In this document: positions 19,952 through 30,499 of the stretch, piece by piece | How the letters are laid out: every line of letters begins with the position of its first letter | How positions within the stretch are numbered: position 1 is the first letter of the stretch | Position numbers and translations under genes: made by a program | Notes under the pieces: generated by a model | What the model was told of the DNA's origin: nothing | Seen by the model: the letters and a program-made list of their open reading frames with translations, nothing else | Database searches by the model: none | Assembly (NCBI GenBank): GCA_963667015.2 | Contig: CAXXJJ010000004.1 | Coordinates: forward strand, 1,184,001-1,248,000 | Source of the DNA: Desulfatiglandales bacterium | GTDB taxonomy: Bacteria > Desulfobacterota > DSM-4660 > Desulfatiglandales > HGW-15 | Direction of reading: 5' to 3' | DNA: 64,000 bases

Positions 19952-22900
19952 TTATTGCGTATTTTTTTCCTTCCATGAAGTCATGTTAGTTAACTGTTTA
20001 GAAAGATTAACCTTCCGCCTTGTAAGACCTGTGCCTGTAGTGGTGACATATATCGTATCCTTATGAAGCACCGGCTCTGACGGCTGACCTTCCCCGAGGA
20101 ATATTCCACTCGGGATAACGCCATCTATAACATCCCTGTAATCCACAACACCATCACCGTTAATATCAAATATAGGTTCAGTAGGTGGAAGACCTGTTTC
20201 ATAGTCAAGGGCAAAAAGATAGGCCTGTCCATTTCCTTCACACACATTTTCATCAGGTATAAAAGTGGTAAAAAATACAACACCTGCAACAACAAGGGGT
20301 TTTGCTATAACACGTTCACTCGCAAATAGAGCATCATTAGAAATATCTTCTTTGCTTATTGCGAGTTTAACCACCCATGATTCTTTATTTTCATTTGTTC
20401 CCTCAACCGTCCGATAAACAACGTCCTCATAGGTAGTAAATTTTGCGTCAAGCTGTACAAGATCATCATAGGTATAGGGATCAGTAACAGTTGAATCATC
20501 CTGCAGGCTAAAGAAGTACTGTTGAGCAGTAGAAGTCTTATCTGACTGGTCCTCATACCTGCCAGTACCAAAACATATTCTTACTCCATCTCCTTCACTT
20601 GCATATGCATAATCAGATTTAGCCCTTATAGGATGTCCGTGATCGGTTGAATTTTCACTGTCGTACAGTATCGAAACTTCAGGTGTCATTCCCTGACCGA
20701 TATTCTCAACGCGGTACATGGATCCGTACAGGTTACCAGTATAAATAAGATCAGCAATTATATCGCCCTCCATATCAACTGTCATTGGAGGAGATAAAGC
20801 ATCATTCTGCAGCACTGAACTTGATATTTTAACCTTATTTATTGAACTGCCAAAAGTATCCTTCCACAGGTCTGCCTTATAATTTGCTTCAATACCATAT
20901 AAATAGGCCTCTTTAGTGGATTGAGAATCAGGACTGTATCCGGATCCGAAAAATACTCCCCAGGCTTTTTCAGTACTGCCATCCACTGCTACCCTTTTGA
21001 TTTCCGGATCAGCCCAGGTTTGACCTAACTCCGAATCAGTGAATTCCCACATATATTTACTGCGTTTTGTTGTGTCCGCAGTGTAACCAAAGGATTTGCC
21101 ATAGGAAATATCAAGGGCAAAATATGCCGCTCCTCCTTCCCTCAATCCGGATACCAGCATGGTCTTCCACTTGGTTTCAGTACTATCATAAACATCCGCA
21201 ACAATCGGAGATCCGTCAACAAAATATCTATGACAGTAACTGTCACCACATCTGTCCCAGTGTATATCATCGTCTGCCTTTCTAAGATTATCCTGTACTG
21301 CCTTTGGATAGAACCTCCATACCTCTTCACCACCATGAGCCAGGACAGTAGTTCCATCTTCAGCATATTTATCTGTCAGTAAAAAGGCATGCAGCGCACC
21401 ATCATTAGAGCCGACATATACAAGAGGATCCCTTTCGACAGCATATTTGTATGATCTGAAATAATTATCAAAACTATATGAATATGCAGGATCCTCAATA
21501 ATAATAGGCTTGGAGTTTATAATATCACCCAATTTCTTATCCGCACACATTTCCGGAAGATCAAGTGAAGCTGTCGAATAACTCACCACATCGTCATTAG
21601 TATCTACAGAATAAGCATCTGGTGTATGAGGCATTTGTTCGCTTGCCAGCCACAAAGTCTCTTCTGTCCCATTATCTTTAATCTGAGTAGCTTCCAGATC
21701 ACCTGACCAGTTAGTTGGCTGAAATTTAGCAGTAATTACTATGTCACCATAGTCAACAGATGTTGTTGGAGCAGGTGCTGAACCATGGAATACCTCGGCC
21801 TTTATTCCTGAGGTAATTTTACTTAAGGCTTCGACAAGTTCTTCCTTGTTCATTGCGATAAAGGGCTTGGGATTGCCATCTTCATCCAGTTCATGAAGAG
21901 CATAAAGGTTATCATCAGGATCTTCGTCGCCTGAAGCATTACTTTCTTCAGCTATGATATCGAGTTGCGTTGCATCATCAAGGGCAAACCCTATGCCCAC
22001 CAGGTTCACCTCATTTGCATCGAGACCGTAGCTCGCAGCAGTTGATTCCACATTAGAAAGGGTTGTACCTGTATTACCCAGACCATCTGTAATAAGAATT
22101 ATAAATTTCGGCTGACAATCTACGGAATTAAATGTACCTCCAATATCCGCACTTCTATTTCCCGCAAAGTAATCAAGACCTGCTCTCATAGAAGGAGTCA
22201 GGGGAGTGTTTCCCAGCGAAGTCATGGCATTAATTGCATCTACTAGGTCATCCTCATGATCATCACTCCAGTATTCACATCCGACGTGTATCTTAGTCCA
22301 TTCCTGAGATGATCTATACCCGTAATAAGGATCATACCAAGGATGAGCTGTCCATGACCCAAATCCCCAGGATATGGTTGGATCAGTAACGAGCTCTTTT
22401 AGAGCTTCCTTGGCAACCGTCATCCTTGTTTGGACTGTGGGCTTGACCCACTCTTCCACGTCACTCCATGGAATTCCCGTTGTTTTATCCTGATCTGAAA
22501 GATAATCATCAGGGAGTGACCCCTGCCACCAGGACCTGTAAAAACTTGGAACATCGGCAACATCCCATCCATAAATAATCAAATCCGTATCCGCATCATC
22601 TGATTCATATGCAATGAATTCCAGATGAGCCTCGGTGATAACGGCGTCTCTTGGTATCTGTACGTTGGTAAAGCGTAAACCGACTAACTTATCATTCCCA
22701 AAATCAAGGTCATTGCTGTTGGAAGTCATATCACCATTGCTGCTCTCCTCAGCATCATTATAATCATCGTTAATCCTCAAATTAATTACACTTCCGCTGC
22801 TGAACTCCACATGAAGAAGCGGGGCACGAGAGCTGCTCCCATCATGCGAGTATGCAGAACGTTCCCCGGTTCCGCCAATAATAAAACCCATATCCTGTCC

Positions 22901-25900
22901 GGAATTCCAGTCCGTTCGATTTACAATATGCTGGACTATATCTTTTATATCAGGAGAACTATACACAGGCGGGTCAATATAAACATTACTGTCCATACTG
23001 CCCGATGAGTCCAGTAGAATCATTATAGCCGGGCTAACGAGGTTTTCTGTATAAACAGGAACATCACCGCAGATTCTGCTTAAGGGCAGGGTTTCGATTG
23101 TCAAACTTACAGTGACAGTCACCGGAGAATTATTGGCATCATTATTATCACCATCTTTTCCGGTAATAGTAATATGGGCCTCATATGTACCTACGCCAAG
23201 GGAGTCGGAATTAAAGTTTAGAGTAATCTTCTGGGAAGAACCTTCACCATTATCCGAAAGTGTTCCGTTAGTAATACCAGAAGGTATCGTTAACCAGTCA
23301 GCATCGTCTGTGATAGTGTAAATCATGTCTCCGCGCCCTGTATTTGATATTTCAAAGGATTGAGAAACAGGATTTTCTGTAAAATCTGTTGTTTTCTCAT
23401 AAGCAGTGATACCTATATAATCATTGTCAACAGATAATTGCGGTATTTTATTATGAACACTCACATTAACATATATTTCTACTGACTCGTTTGCAGAATT
23501 CGGATCAGAAACTGTAATTGTGCCCGTATAATCCGTATATTCAGCGCCGGATTCCAATTCATCTGTATCAAAGGTGATGGTGATCTCCTGAGGATCATCC
23601 GAGTTTAAAAGCCCATCTTCTCCGCTATAGCTGGTGGGGCTAACAGATAACCAGTCAATATCTTCGGAGATTGTGTATTTTAGGCCTTCACTGCCGCTGT
23701 TTCTCACAGTAAATATCTGTGAATCAGGGCTCTCACCTTCATAAGTCCACTCATCAAAGCTAGTCTGCCCTACCGCAATAATAGGGGTACCCACAGGAAG
23801 GTACATAATATTAAGAGTAGGGTTGAGACCTTCTGGTGATTCATTGGAATCGGCAGTTCTGAGGCCTTCGCCTTCAATGATAAATGTCATTGCATTTCCT
23901 GCTCTCCAGTCCGGATGATTAACTATCTCCTGAACCACACCCCTTATATCCGCAGTTTCATCCTCATTAGAGGATTTGTATATTTGACCTTCAAACCAGG
24001 CATCAGGCGACCATGAATAAGAAGAGCTGGTCTTATCTCTTGATGATATATCACCGTCATTCAAAGTAAATGTCGCAGAGTCACCAGCATTATGACCGTA
24101 TACCCTCAGGCTTGTAGCCGCATCACGGGTATCAAATGCACTGAATGTGATGTATGCCCCTAGAATCTGACTGCCTTCAGGAACACCGATATCGGTAAAA
24201 CGAACACCCACTATACTCTGACCAAGGTCAAGATCATCGCTATACAGATCCATCTCACCGCCGGATTTATTCTCTTCCGCATCATCGGAATCACCAACAT
24301 CTATCTCACCGACTACATTAACATTAACCGGGATTATGACTGTACGATTTGGAATATTTAAATCTTTAACTATAATGGAGACTGAATATGCACGGGGAGT
24401 TAAAGATGCTGTATCAAATTGTATGGTAAAGGTTGTGGACTCACCCGGAGCAAGTGTCCCCGATGTTGCGCAGGTTATCCAGCCGGATGAACTGTTGGAT
24501 ACAGAATAACTCAGATCAATTGCTTCAAATAAACCTAAATTATTATTAGTTAAAGTAACTTCCTGAGAAGGCAGGCCTTCTCCTTCGTTTATCATAGCAG
24601 TATACGAATCAGGATTAACATGGATAACGGATCCGCCCAATACAGTTATTCTAAAGGTCTGCGGCTCCGAAGTATCAAGTCCACCGCCATAGGTTCCTCC
24701 GTCATCTTTCAAAACAACGGTAATATCGGCTATGCCGCGATCACTGTTAGATGGTTTAAAGGTCAGGGTTCCTGCAGGATCGATCGCAGGCTGCTCTTCG
24801 AAAATACTGCTGTTTGTATTACCCGTCACGATGAAGGTAAAAGTCTGATCAGCCTCATTATCCCTACCCGCATAGATGGATGTAGCCCATCCTTCTACCG
24901 TTTTGGTATCTGTTCCTTCAATTACTACCTGGTCAGATCCTTTTGTAAATGACGGCTGATCATTTACATTACTTACAAATATCGTAAATGTTTGTGTTGC
25001 TGTAGTTAATTGAGGACCGCCTGCGGTAGTATCATCTGTCAAACTCACTGTTACGTTCGCAGATCCATAGAAGTTTTCAGCAAGAGTAAAGGTCAGGGTT
25101 CCATCGCTGTCTATTGCCGGCTGATAAGTAAACATTCCAGGATTATCATTCACCACATTAAATGTAAGTGATTGTACAACTTCAGGATCTCCGTCATCAA
25201 TACCAGTCGCCCATTCAGTGATCGTATGAGTTCCGCTGTCCTCATCTACATCCAGATTCGGCCCCCCCGTAAATTCGGGCATATCATTTATCTGAGTTAC
25301 TGTGATCGTAAATGTCTGAGGATCGGTTGTTAATGCATCGCCTCCAGCGGTTGCATCATCTGTAAGGGTAACTGTTACTGTGGCTATTCCGGAATAGTTC
25401 TCAGCTACAGTATATGTCAATGTTCCAGTTTCTCCATCAATTGCAGGCTGAACAGAAAACAAGTCATTATTAGTATTTATTACATTAAAAGTGAGTGTCT
25501 GTTCAATTTCAGGATCACCATCATCAATATCCGTGGCCCAACTGGTTATAGTTTGTTCAGCGCTGATGTTTTCATCAATAATCTGATCTCCTCCCTTTGT
25601 GAAGGAAGGCATATCATTCACGCTGCCTACTGTTATTTTAAATGTCTGAGTAGATGTTAACTCTGCTCCTCCTGCAGTACCATCATCTGTTAAAGCAACG
25701 GAAACTATTGCAGATCCGTTAGCATTATCTGCAGGCGTATAAGTCAACTGTCCGCTGCTGTCGATTGACGGCTGAGAGCTGAATAATGTATTATTATCAT
25801 TGGTAACAGTAAATGTAAGCGCTTGGACGACTTCAGGGTCACCGTCATCAATATCTGTAATGAATCCTGCTACTGTCTGAGCCCCTGCATCCTCATCTAC

Positions 25901-28900
25901 TGACTGGTCTGAGCCTACTGTAAATACCGGCATATCATTTACTGGATTTACGGTAACATCAAATGTCCGCTCAATAGAATTATCACCGCCATTGGCTGTA
26001 CCGCCATTGTCCTGAACCCTTACAGTTATAGTTATTGGTCCGCTTATTGTTGTATTCGTATTGGGTAAGGGTGTAAAACTCAGTGTACCTGTATCACTAT
26101 CCTCTGTGTATGATATCGTAGGATGTGGTATTATCGTAGGATGACTTGATGTCGCAGATATTGTCAGAGTCTGACTATTTTCTGCACCACTTGCACCTTC
26201 ATCTATACCTGTCAGGGTAACAATCTGTGCTGCCCCTGGATCTTCATTAATAACCACATCGGATGGATCATCCAGTGTGGGTTCGTCATTAATTCCTGTT
26301 ATTTCTATTGTAACCGTCCCTGTATCGGTTCCGCCATTGCCGTCTGCTACAATATAATTAAAAGTATCTGTTGCTGTTTGTCCTGAAGCGAGATTCTCGA
26401 ACTGGCTGTTAGGATTATATGTAAAAGTGCCGTCTCCATTATTGGCTATTGATGCTCCATTTGCACTGGTTGCATCAACTGAATCTACCGATAAAACGTC
26501 TGATGTATCAGGATCGGTATCATTCGTTAATACATTTCCTGTTGAAAAGGATGTAGCTTCATCAGTTGAATATTCAGCCCCCGAATCATCGACTGCAGTC
26601 GGAGCATCATTTGCACCATTTATAGTTACGGTAACTGTTGCAGTGGCGGTTCCTCCGTTCCCATCATCTATTTCATAATCAAATTTATCCTCCCCGGCTT
26701 CGCCAACAGCCAACGATTCAAATTGTCCGTTTGGATCATACTCTACAGTATCATTATCCGGGTTAATCGTAACAGTTCCTAAAGTACCATTTGCAAGAAG
26801 ACCAATGCTGCTTATCTCCGGGTCATCAGCCCCTGGATCTGTGTCGTTTACAGTTAAATCAATCGTAACCGCCGGACCATCTTCATTTGCAGTGGAAGTA
26901 TCAGCGTTTGCAGTTGGAGCCACATTATTTACAGTTACTGTTAATGTATCACTGCTGCTGCCACCATCATTATCTTCTACTGTTATTGTTACTGTATATG
27001 TGCTGTTATCAGCATATGTATGGGTTCCATCCACATTCCCGCCTGATACTGCACCTGGGCCATCTGTATTTCCATCTCCCCAATCTATTGTTGCCGCGTG
27101 TGTATCTGAACTGCCTGGATCTGTATAGGTAGCTGCATAGGGCGATCCGCTCAAATCCAGCAAGGTACCTTCATCTATTGTCTGATCATCTGCTGCCATT
27201 ACTGCAGGGGCAACATTATTTACTGTTACTGTAAAAGTTATAGAACTACTGCCTCCATCATCATCGTTAACCCAAACCTGTACAGTATATGTCCCATTAT
27301 CAGCATAAGCATGTGCAGTATTTGCAGGATCTGTTGCAGAGGCCGTTATGTCAGGGCTTGTTACATCACCAAGATATCGGGTTGATCCTCCATCACCCCA
27401 GTTAACATATCCAACATGTGTATCACCTGAACCAGCATCTGTAAAAGTGCCAAGATCAAAGGTTTTGCTGGTACCTTCATCAGCAGTCTGATCAGCAGGT
27501 GCCGTTACTACAGGTGCAACATTATTTACAGTTAAATTAAAGGTATCTGTGCCTGTTGCGCCATCGCTGTCTGTGGCGGTTATTGTTACTACTGTGGGTC
27601 CTGCGGGTCCATCCGTGGGCGTATAGGACCAGCTCCAGTTACCGGATGAGCCTGCGTCCTGGGTTATTGATCCTATCGAGGCAGTTATTGTTACTGTATC
27701 ATCACCTATGTCACTGAAAGTTCCATTATTTGTGGCCTCTGAACCTTCATTTACCGTCTGATTGCCACCTGTTTCAGTAACTACCGGTGCAATATTATTC
27801 ACAGTTAAAGTAAATGTATCTGTACCGGTTGCTCCATCACTGTCTGTTGCGGTTATTGTTACAACCGTGGGACCGGAGGGACCATCGGAAGGTGTATACG
27901 ACCAGTTCCAGTTACCGGATGAGCCTGCGTCCTGGTTTATTGATCCTATCGAGGCAGTTATTGTTACTGTATCATCACCTACGTCACTGAAAGTTCCATT
28001 ATTTGTGGCCTCGGAACCTTCATTTACCGTCTGATTGCCACCTGTTTCAGTAACTACCGGAGCTACATTATTCACAGTTAAAGTAAATGTATCTGTACCG
28101 GTTGCTCCATCACTGTCTGTTGCGGTTATTGTTACAACCGTGGGACCGGAGGGGCCATCTGACGGGGTATACGACCAACTCCAGTTACCGGATGAGCCTG
28201 CGTCCTGGTTTATTGATCCTATCGAGGCAGTTATCGTTACTGTGTCATCACCTACGTCACTGAAAGTTCCATTATTTGTGGCCTCAGATCCTTCATTTAC
28301 CGTCTGATCGCCACCTGTTTCAGTTACTACCGGAGCTACATTATTCACAGTTAAAGTAAATGTATCTGTACCGGTTGCTCCATCACTGTCTGTTGCGGTT
28401 ATTGTTACAACCGTGGGACCGGAGGGACCATCGGAAGGTGTATACGACCAGCTCCAGTTACCGGATGCACCTGTATCCTGAGTTATTGAACCTATTGAGG
28501 CCGTTATCGTTACTGTATCATCGCCTATATCACTGAAGGTTCCACTGTTTGTGGCCTCAGATCCTTCATCTACTGTCTGATCGCCACCAGTCTCAGTTAC
28601 AACCGGTGCAACATTATTTATTGTAAGGGTTGTGCTGGCTGTGTCAACACCGCCTTTGCCATCTGATACCTGTAAGGCTATTGTACTAGCTGAACCATCA
28701 GTAGCCAAACCAAGCCCGATCAGTGCTGTCCATGTAACTGTTGGGCCTGACCCTGTGGCGTCATCATATGTTCCATCGTTGTCAAGATCCCAAGCATAAC
28801 TAAGGGTATCAGTAGAATCTACATCACTGCTTCCCGATGCATCAAGCGTTAAATCTTGGCCTTCATTTATTGTATAAGCTCCGCCGGCATCTGCAGTTGG

Positions 28901-29314
28901 GGCGTCATTTACTCCAGTAATTGTGATTGTTACCAGACCGGTAGTTCCACTCGGAGCGCTGTCTGTCATTCCGTAATTAAAGGTATCTACAAACGACTCT
29001 CCTGATGCCAGAGCATTTAGAGTTGTTACCAGATCGGCATTTGGAGTATAGGTAAATCTACCGTCTGCCTCAAAGGTTATAGGCACCCCATTTACACTTG
29101 TCGGCCCAGCAATTACGACTGTCAGAGGAAGCACATCACCGTCATTTTGGAGTAGACCATTTGCTGCATCATTAATATTAATAGTTGGATTATCTTCATC
29201 AGTAGTGTAAAAATCGGGAGCAGCTGTTGCAGCAAAGGCTGATCCATTCGAAAAGCAGATAAATGCCATGGAAACGATAAATATTGTCAGTAAAGATATT
29301 TTATTTCTAATCAT
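19952..29314 (-). CDS. pilY1: Giant PilY1-type pilus tip adhesin (3120 aa): Ig/PKD/cadherin-like repeats, BACON-like domains, vWA, C-terminal PilC beta-propeller
   Basis: Signal peptide; NDAP/NVAP Ig repeats; WGDG PKD motifs; LLDSSGSM MIDAS and ILITDG; LGDIINS.P, VGSNDGALHAF, FVDGSP, GLREGG..YFALD, LGQTW, FGTGR, FFTTFIP, DINGDG calcium loop; follows pilWVX. Confidence 0.9.
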   Translation of the reverse strand: MIRNKISLLTIFIVSMAFICFSNGSAFAATAAPDFYTTDEDNPTININDAANGLLQNDGDVLPLTVVIAGPTSVNGVPITFEADGRFTYTPNADLVTTLNALASGESFVDTFNYGMTDSAPSGTTGLVTITITGVNDAPTADAGGAYTINEGQDLTLDASGSSDVDSTDTLSYAWDLDNDGTYDDATGSGPTVTWTALIGLGLATDGSASTIALQVSDGKGGVDTASTTLTINNVAPVVTETGGDQTVDEGSEATNSGTFSDIGDDTVTITASIGSITQDTGASGNWSWSYTPSDGPSGPTVVTITATDSDGATGTDTFTLTVNNVAPVVTETGGDQTVNEGSEATNNGTFSDVGDDTVTITASIGSINQDAGSSGNWSWSYTPSDGPSGPTVVTITATDSDGATGTDTFTLTVNNVAPVVTETGGNQTVNEGSEATNNGTFSDVGDDTVTITASIGSINQDAGSSGNWNWSYTPSDGPSGPTVVTITATDSDGATGTDTFTLTVNNIAPVVTETGGNQTVNEGSEATNNGTFSDIGDDTVTITASIGSITQDAGSSGNWSWSYTPTDGPAGPTVVTITATDSDGATGTDTFNLTVNNVAPVVTAPADQTADEGTSKTFDLGTFTDAGSGDTHVGYVNWGDGGSTRYLGDVTSPDITASATDPANTAHAYADNGTYTVQVWVNDDDGGSSSITFTVTVNNVAPAVMAADDQTIDEGTLLDLSGSPYAATYTDPGSSDTHAATIDWGDGNTDGPGAVSGGNVDGTHTYADNSTYTVTITVEDNDGGSSSDTLTVTVNNVAPTANADTSTANEDGPAVTIDLTVNDTDPGADDPEISSIGLLANGTLGTVTINPDNDTVEYDPNGQFESLAVGEAGEDKFDYEIDDGNGGTATATVTVTINGANDAPTAVDDSGAEYSTDEATSFSTGNVLTNDTDPDTSDVLSVDSVDATSANGASIANNGDGTFTYNPNSQFENLASGQTATDTFNYIVADGNGGTDTGTVTIEITGINDEPTLDDPSDVVINEDPGAAQIVTLTGIDEGASGAENSQTLTISATSSHPTIIPHPTISYTEDSDTGTLSFTPLPNTNTTISGPITITVRVQDNGGTANGGDNSIERTFDVTVNPVNDMPVFTVGSDQSVDEDAGAQTVAGFITDIDDGDPEVVQALTFTVTNDNNTLFSSQPSIDSSGQLTYTPADNANGSAIVSVALTDDGTAGGAELTSTQTFKITVGSVNDMPSFTKGGDQIIDENISAEQTITSWATDIDDGDPEIEQTLTFNVINTNNDLFSVQPAIDGETGTLTYTVAENYSGIATVTVTLTDDATAGGDALTTDPQTFTITVTQINDMPEFTGGPNLDVDEDSGTHTITEWATGIDDGDPEVVQSLTFNVVNDNPGMFTYQPAIDSDGTLTFTLAENFYGSANVTVSLTDDTTAGGPQLTTATQTFTIFVSNVNDQPSFTKGSDQVVIEGTDTKTVEGWATSIYAGRDNEADQTFTFIVTGNTNSSIFEEQPAIDPAGTLTFKPSNSDRGIADITVVLKDDGGTYGGGLDTSEPQTFRITVLGGSVIHVNPDSYTAMINEGEGLPSQEVTLTNNNLGLFEAIDLSYSVSNSSSGWITCATSGTLAPGESTTFTIQFDTASLTPRAYSVSIIVKDLNIPNRTVIIPVNVNVVGEIDVGDSDDAEENKSGGEMDLYSDDLDLGQSIVGVRFTDIGVPEGSQILGAYITFSAFDTRDAATSLRVYGHNAGDSATFTLNDGDISSRDKTSSSYSWSPDAWFEGQIYKSSNEDETADIRGVVQEIVNHPDWRAGNAMTFIIEGEGLRTADSNESPEGLNPTLNIMYLPVGTPIIAVGQTSFDEWTYEGESPDSQIFTVRNSGSEGLKYTISEDIDWLSVSPTSYSGEDGLLNSDDPQEITITFDTDELESGAEYTDYTGTITVSDPNSANESVEIYVNVSVHNKIPQLSVDNDYIGITAYEKTTDFTENPVSQSFEISNTGRGDMIYTITDDADWLTIPSGITNGTLSDNGEGSSQKITLNFNSDSLGVGTYEAHITITGKDGDNNDANNSPVTVTVSLTIETLPLSRICGDVPVYTENLVSPAIMILLDSSGSMDSNVYIDPPVYSSPDIKDIVQHIVNRTDWNSGQDMGFIIGGTGERSAYSHDGSSSRAPLLHVEFSSGSVINLRINDDYNDAEESSNGDMTSNSNDLDFGNDKLVGLRFTNVQIPRDAVITEAHLEFIAYESDDADTDLIIYGWDVADVPSFYRSWWQGSLPDDYLSDQDKTTGIPWSDVEEWVKPTVQTRMTVAKEALKELVTDPTISWGFGSWTAHPWYDPYYGYRSSQEWTKIHVGCEYWSDDHEDDLVDAINAMTSLGNTPLTPSMRAGLDYFAGNRSADIGGTFNSVDCQPKFIILITDGLGNTGTTLSNVESTAASYGLDANEVNLVGIGFALDDATQLDIIAEESNASGDEDPDDNLYALHELDEDGNPKPFIAMNKEELVEALSKITSGIKAEVFHGSAPAPTTSVDYGDIVITAKFQPTNWSGDLEATQIKDNGTEETLWLASEQMPHTPDAYSVDTNDDVVSYSTASLDLPEMCADKKLGDIINSKPIIIEDPAYSYSFDNYFRSYKYAVERDPLVYVGSNDGALHAFLLTDKYAEDGTTVLAHGGEEVWRFYPKAVQDNLRKADDDIHWDRCGDSYCHRYFVDGSPIVADVYDSTETKWKTMLVSGLREGGAAYFALDISYGKSFGYTADTTKRSKYMWEFTDSELGQTWADPEIKRVAVDGSTEKAWGVFFGSGYSPDSQSTKEAYLYGIEANYKADLWKDTFGSSINKVKISSSVLQNDALSPPMTVDMEGDIIADLIYTGNLYGSMYRVENIGQGMTPEVSILYDSENSTDHGHPIRAKSDYAYASEGDGVRICFGTGRYEDQSDKTSTAQQYFFSLQDDSTVTDPYTYDDLVQLDAKFTTYEDVVYRTVEGTNENKESWVVKLAISKEDISNDALFASERVIAKPLVVAGVVFFTTFIPDENVCEGNGQAYLFALDYETGLPPTEPIFDINGDGVVDYRDVIDGVIPSGIFLGEGQPSEPVLHKDTIYVTTTGTGLTRRKVNLSKQLTNMTSWKEKNTQ
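27527..28618 (-). repeat. Four near-identical tandem 273-bp (91-aa) Ig-like domain repeats in pilY1
   Basis: Unit NNVAPVVTETGG.QTV.EGSEATN.GTFSD.GDDTVTITASIGSI.QD.G.SGNW.WSYTP.DGP.GPTVVTITATDSDGATGTDTF.LTV with 273-nt period. Confidence 0.95.
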
Positions 29315-29396
29315 TTTTCTTTCCCCTTAAAAAGGAACATATTTTTTTAACCAATAGGGCAAATAAAACCCGGGTGACTTATCAATAACCTTTAAG

Positions 29397-29957
29397 TTAC
29401 TCTCCTGTCTTGAGCACTTTTTTTACTGTGACATCAACCCTCTGTTTATTGGCTATACTTGTGATTGTAAAAGCATAATTCCGGAAGTTTTCTCCGAATG
29501 AAGGAGCCTTTTCACCTGCCATTGCTTCCTCGTTCAGGTAAGCGACTTTATACCAGTAACCTGCAGCACTATTTCCTGTCCCAAGGATACCGTCTGCAGC
29601 CCCGTTCGGATAATTTGTAGTCGTATTAACATTATAAGAACCATCCTCTCCGTCGCCGTAATTGCGTACGTTAAGGATATGCTCATCCCTGTAATCACCC
29701 GGTTCTCCTGCAAGAAAAAGTTCTTTATTAACAAGAGCAGGAACCTGGGCTCTTGTATCAAGCCACTGGACGGCTTCCCGCCAGGCACTGTCCGCAACAT
29801 AGAAACTCTCTACATATTCACGCTCATTCTTTGCTATCTGGGTATCAACGTCAGAGAGTCTTGTTACTGAGAGTCCCATTATGGTAATCAGGACAAGCAT
29901 GACGACAGCTATGATAATTACTGAACCGTTTTCGTTTTTAAGTATATTTTCAGACAT
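29397..29957 (-). CDS. pilX: PilX-like minor pilin (set 1)
   Basis: ENG|SVIIIAVVML cleavage site without Glu5; FYVADSA motif. Confidence 0.8.
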   Translation of the reverse strand: MSENILKNENGSVIIIAVVMLVLITIMGLSVTRLSDVDTQIAKNEREYVESFYVADSAWREAVQWLDTRAQVPALVNKELFLAGEPGDYRDEHILNVRNYGDGEDGSYNVNTTTNYPNGAADGILGTGNSAAGYWYKVAYLNEEAMAGEKAPSFGENFRNYAFTITSIANKQRVDVTVKKVLKTGE

Positions 29958-29997
29958 GATGATTTTCCCCTAAATGATTAATACGGGTCTAAGGCCT

Positions 29998-30483
29998 CTA
30001 AATCCTGTTCCTCAGCAGGTCAAATTTGTAGGTCTTTGTTGATCCTCTGCTCTCCCATTCAACAATTACCCGGATAGTTTTTAAACCGTTTACGGTATAC
30101 CAGCCGGTACTGTTTTTTGCCCTGTTTTCAGCAACATTCCAGTATATTCGATATTTATCGCCCGGAATATAATGATCGGCAGTATCAGGCTCATCATCAT
30201 CCAGACCTAAAACACCGTCTGGAGCACCAACCGGCATAGAGTCACTAAGATCGGCATCGTCATAATCCTTACTCAGCAGTTTTTCTACCAGATCCTGAAC
30301 CTTTTCTGTACTTTCAGTATAGTTCATGGACATGGTGTTTCCCCTCATTGCTGTAACCTGAAGGGAAGCAACAGCCAGTAGACCAACAGTCAATATTGAA
30401 ACGGCCATTATTACTTCCAGTAAAGTAAAGCCTTTGTCATTCCTGCTTATATCCCAAATTTTCCTGTAATTATGTTTTATCAT
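29998..30483 (-). CDS. pilV: PilV-like minor pilin (set 1)
   Basis: G|FTLLEVIMA..IL.VGLLAVASLQ; KTIRVIVEW. Confidence 0.85.
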   Translation of the reverse strand: MIKHNYRKIWDISRNDKGFTLLEVIMAVSILTVGLLAVASLQVTAMRGNTMSMNYTESTEKVQDLVEKLLSKDYDDADLSDSMPVGAPDGVLGLDDDEPDTADHYIPGDKYRIYWNVAENRAKNSTGWYTVNGLKTIRVIVEWESRGSTKTYKFDLLRNRI

Positions 30484-30499
30484 TTCATCCTCTCGCAGC

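Noticed and set aside
26427..28307. Plus-strand ORFs within pilY1
   Set aside because: Antisense shadows of the repetitive Thr/Asp/Gly-rich coding strand
27527..28618. CRISPR array
   Set aside because: Repeats are contiguous 273-bp in-frame coding units without spacers; no cas genes
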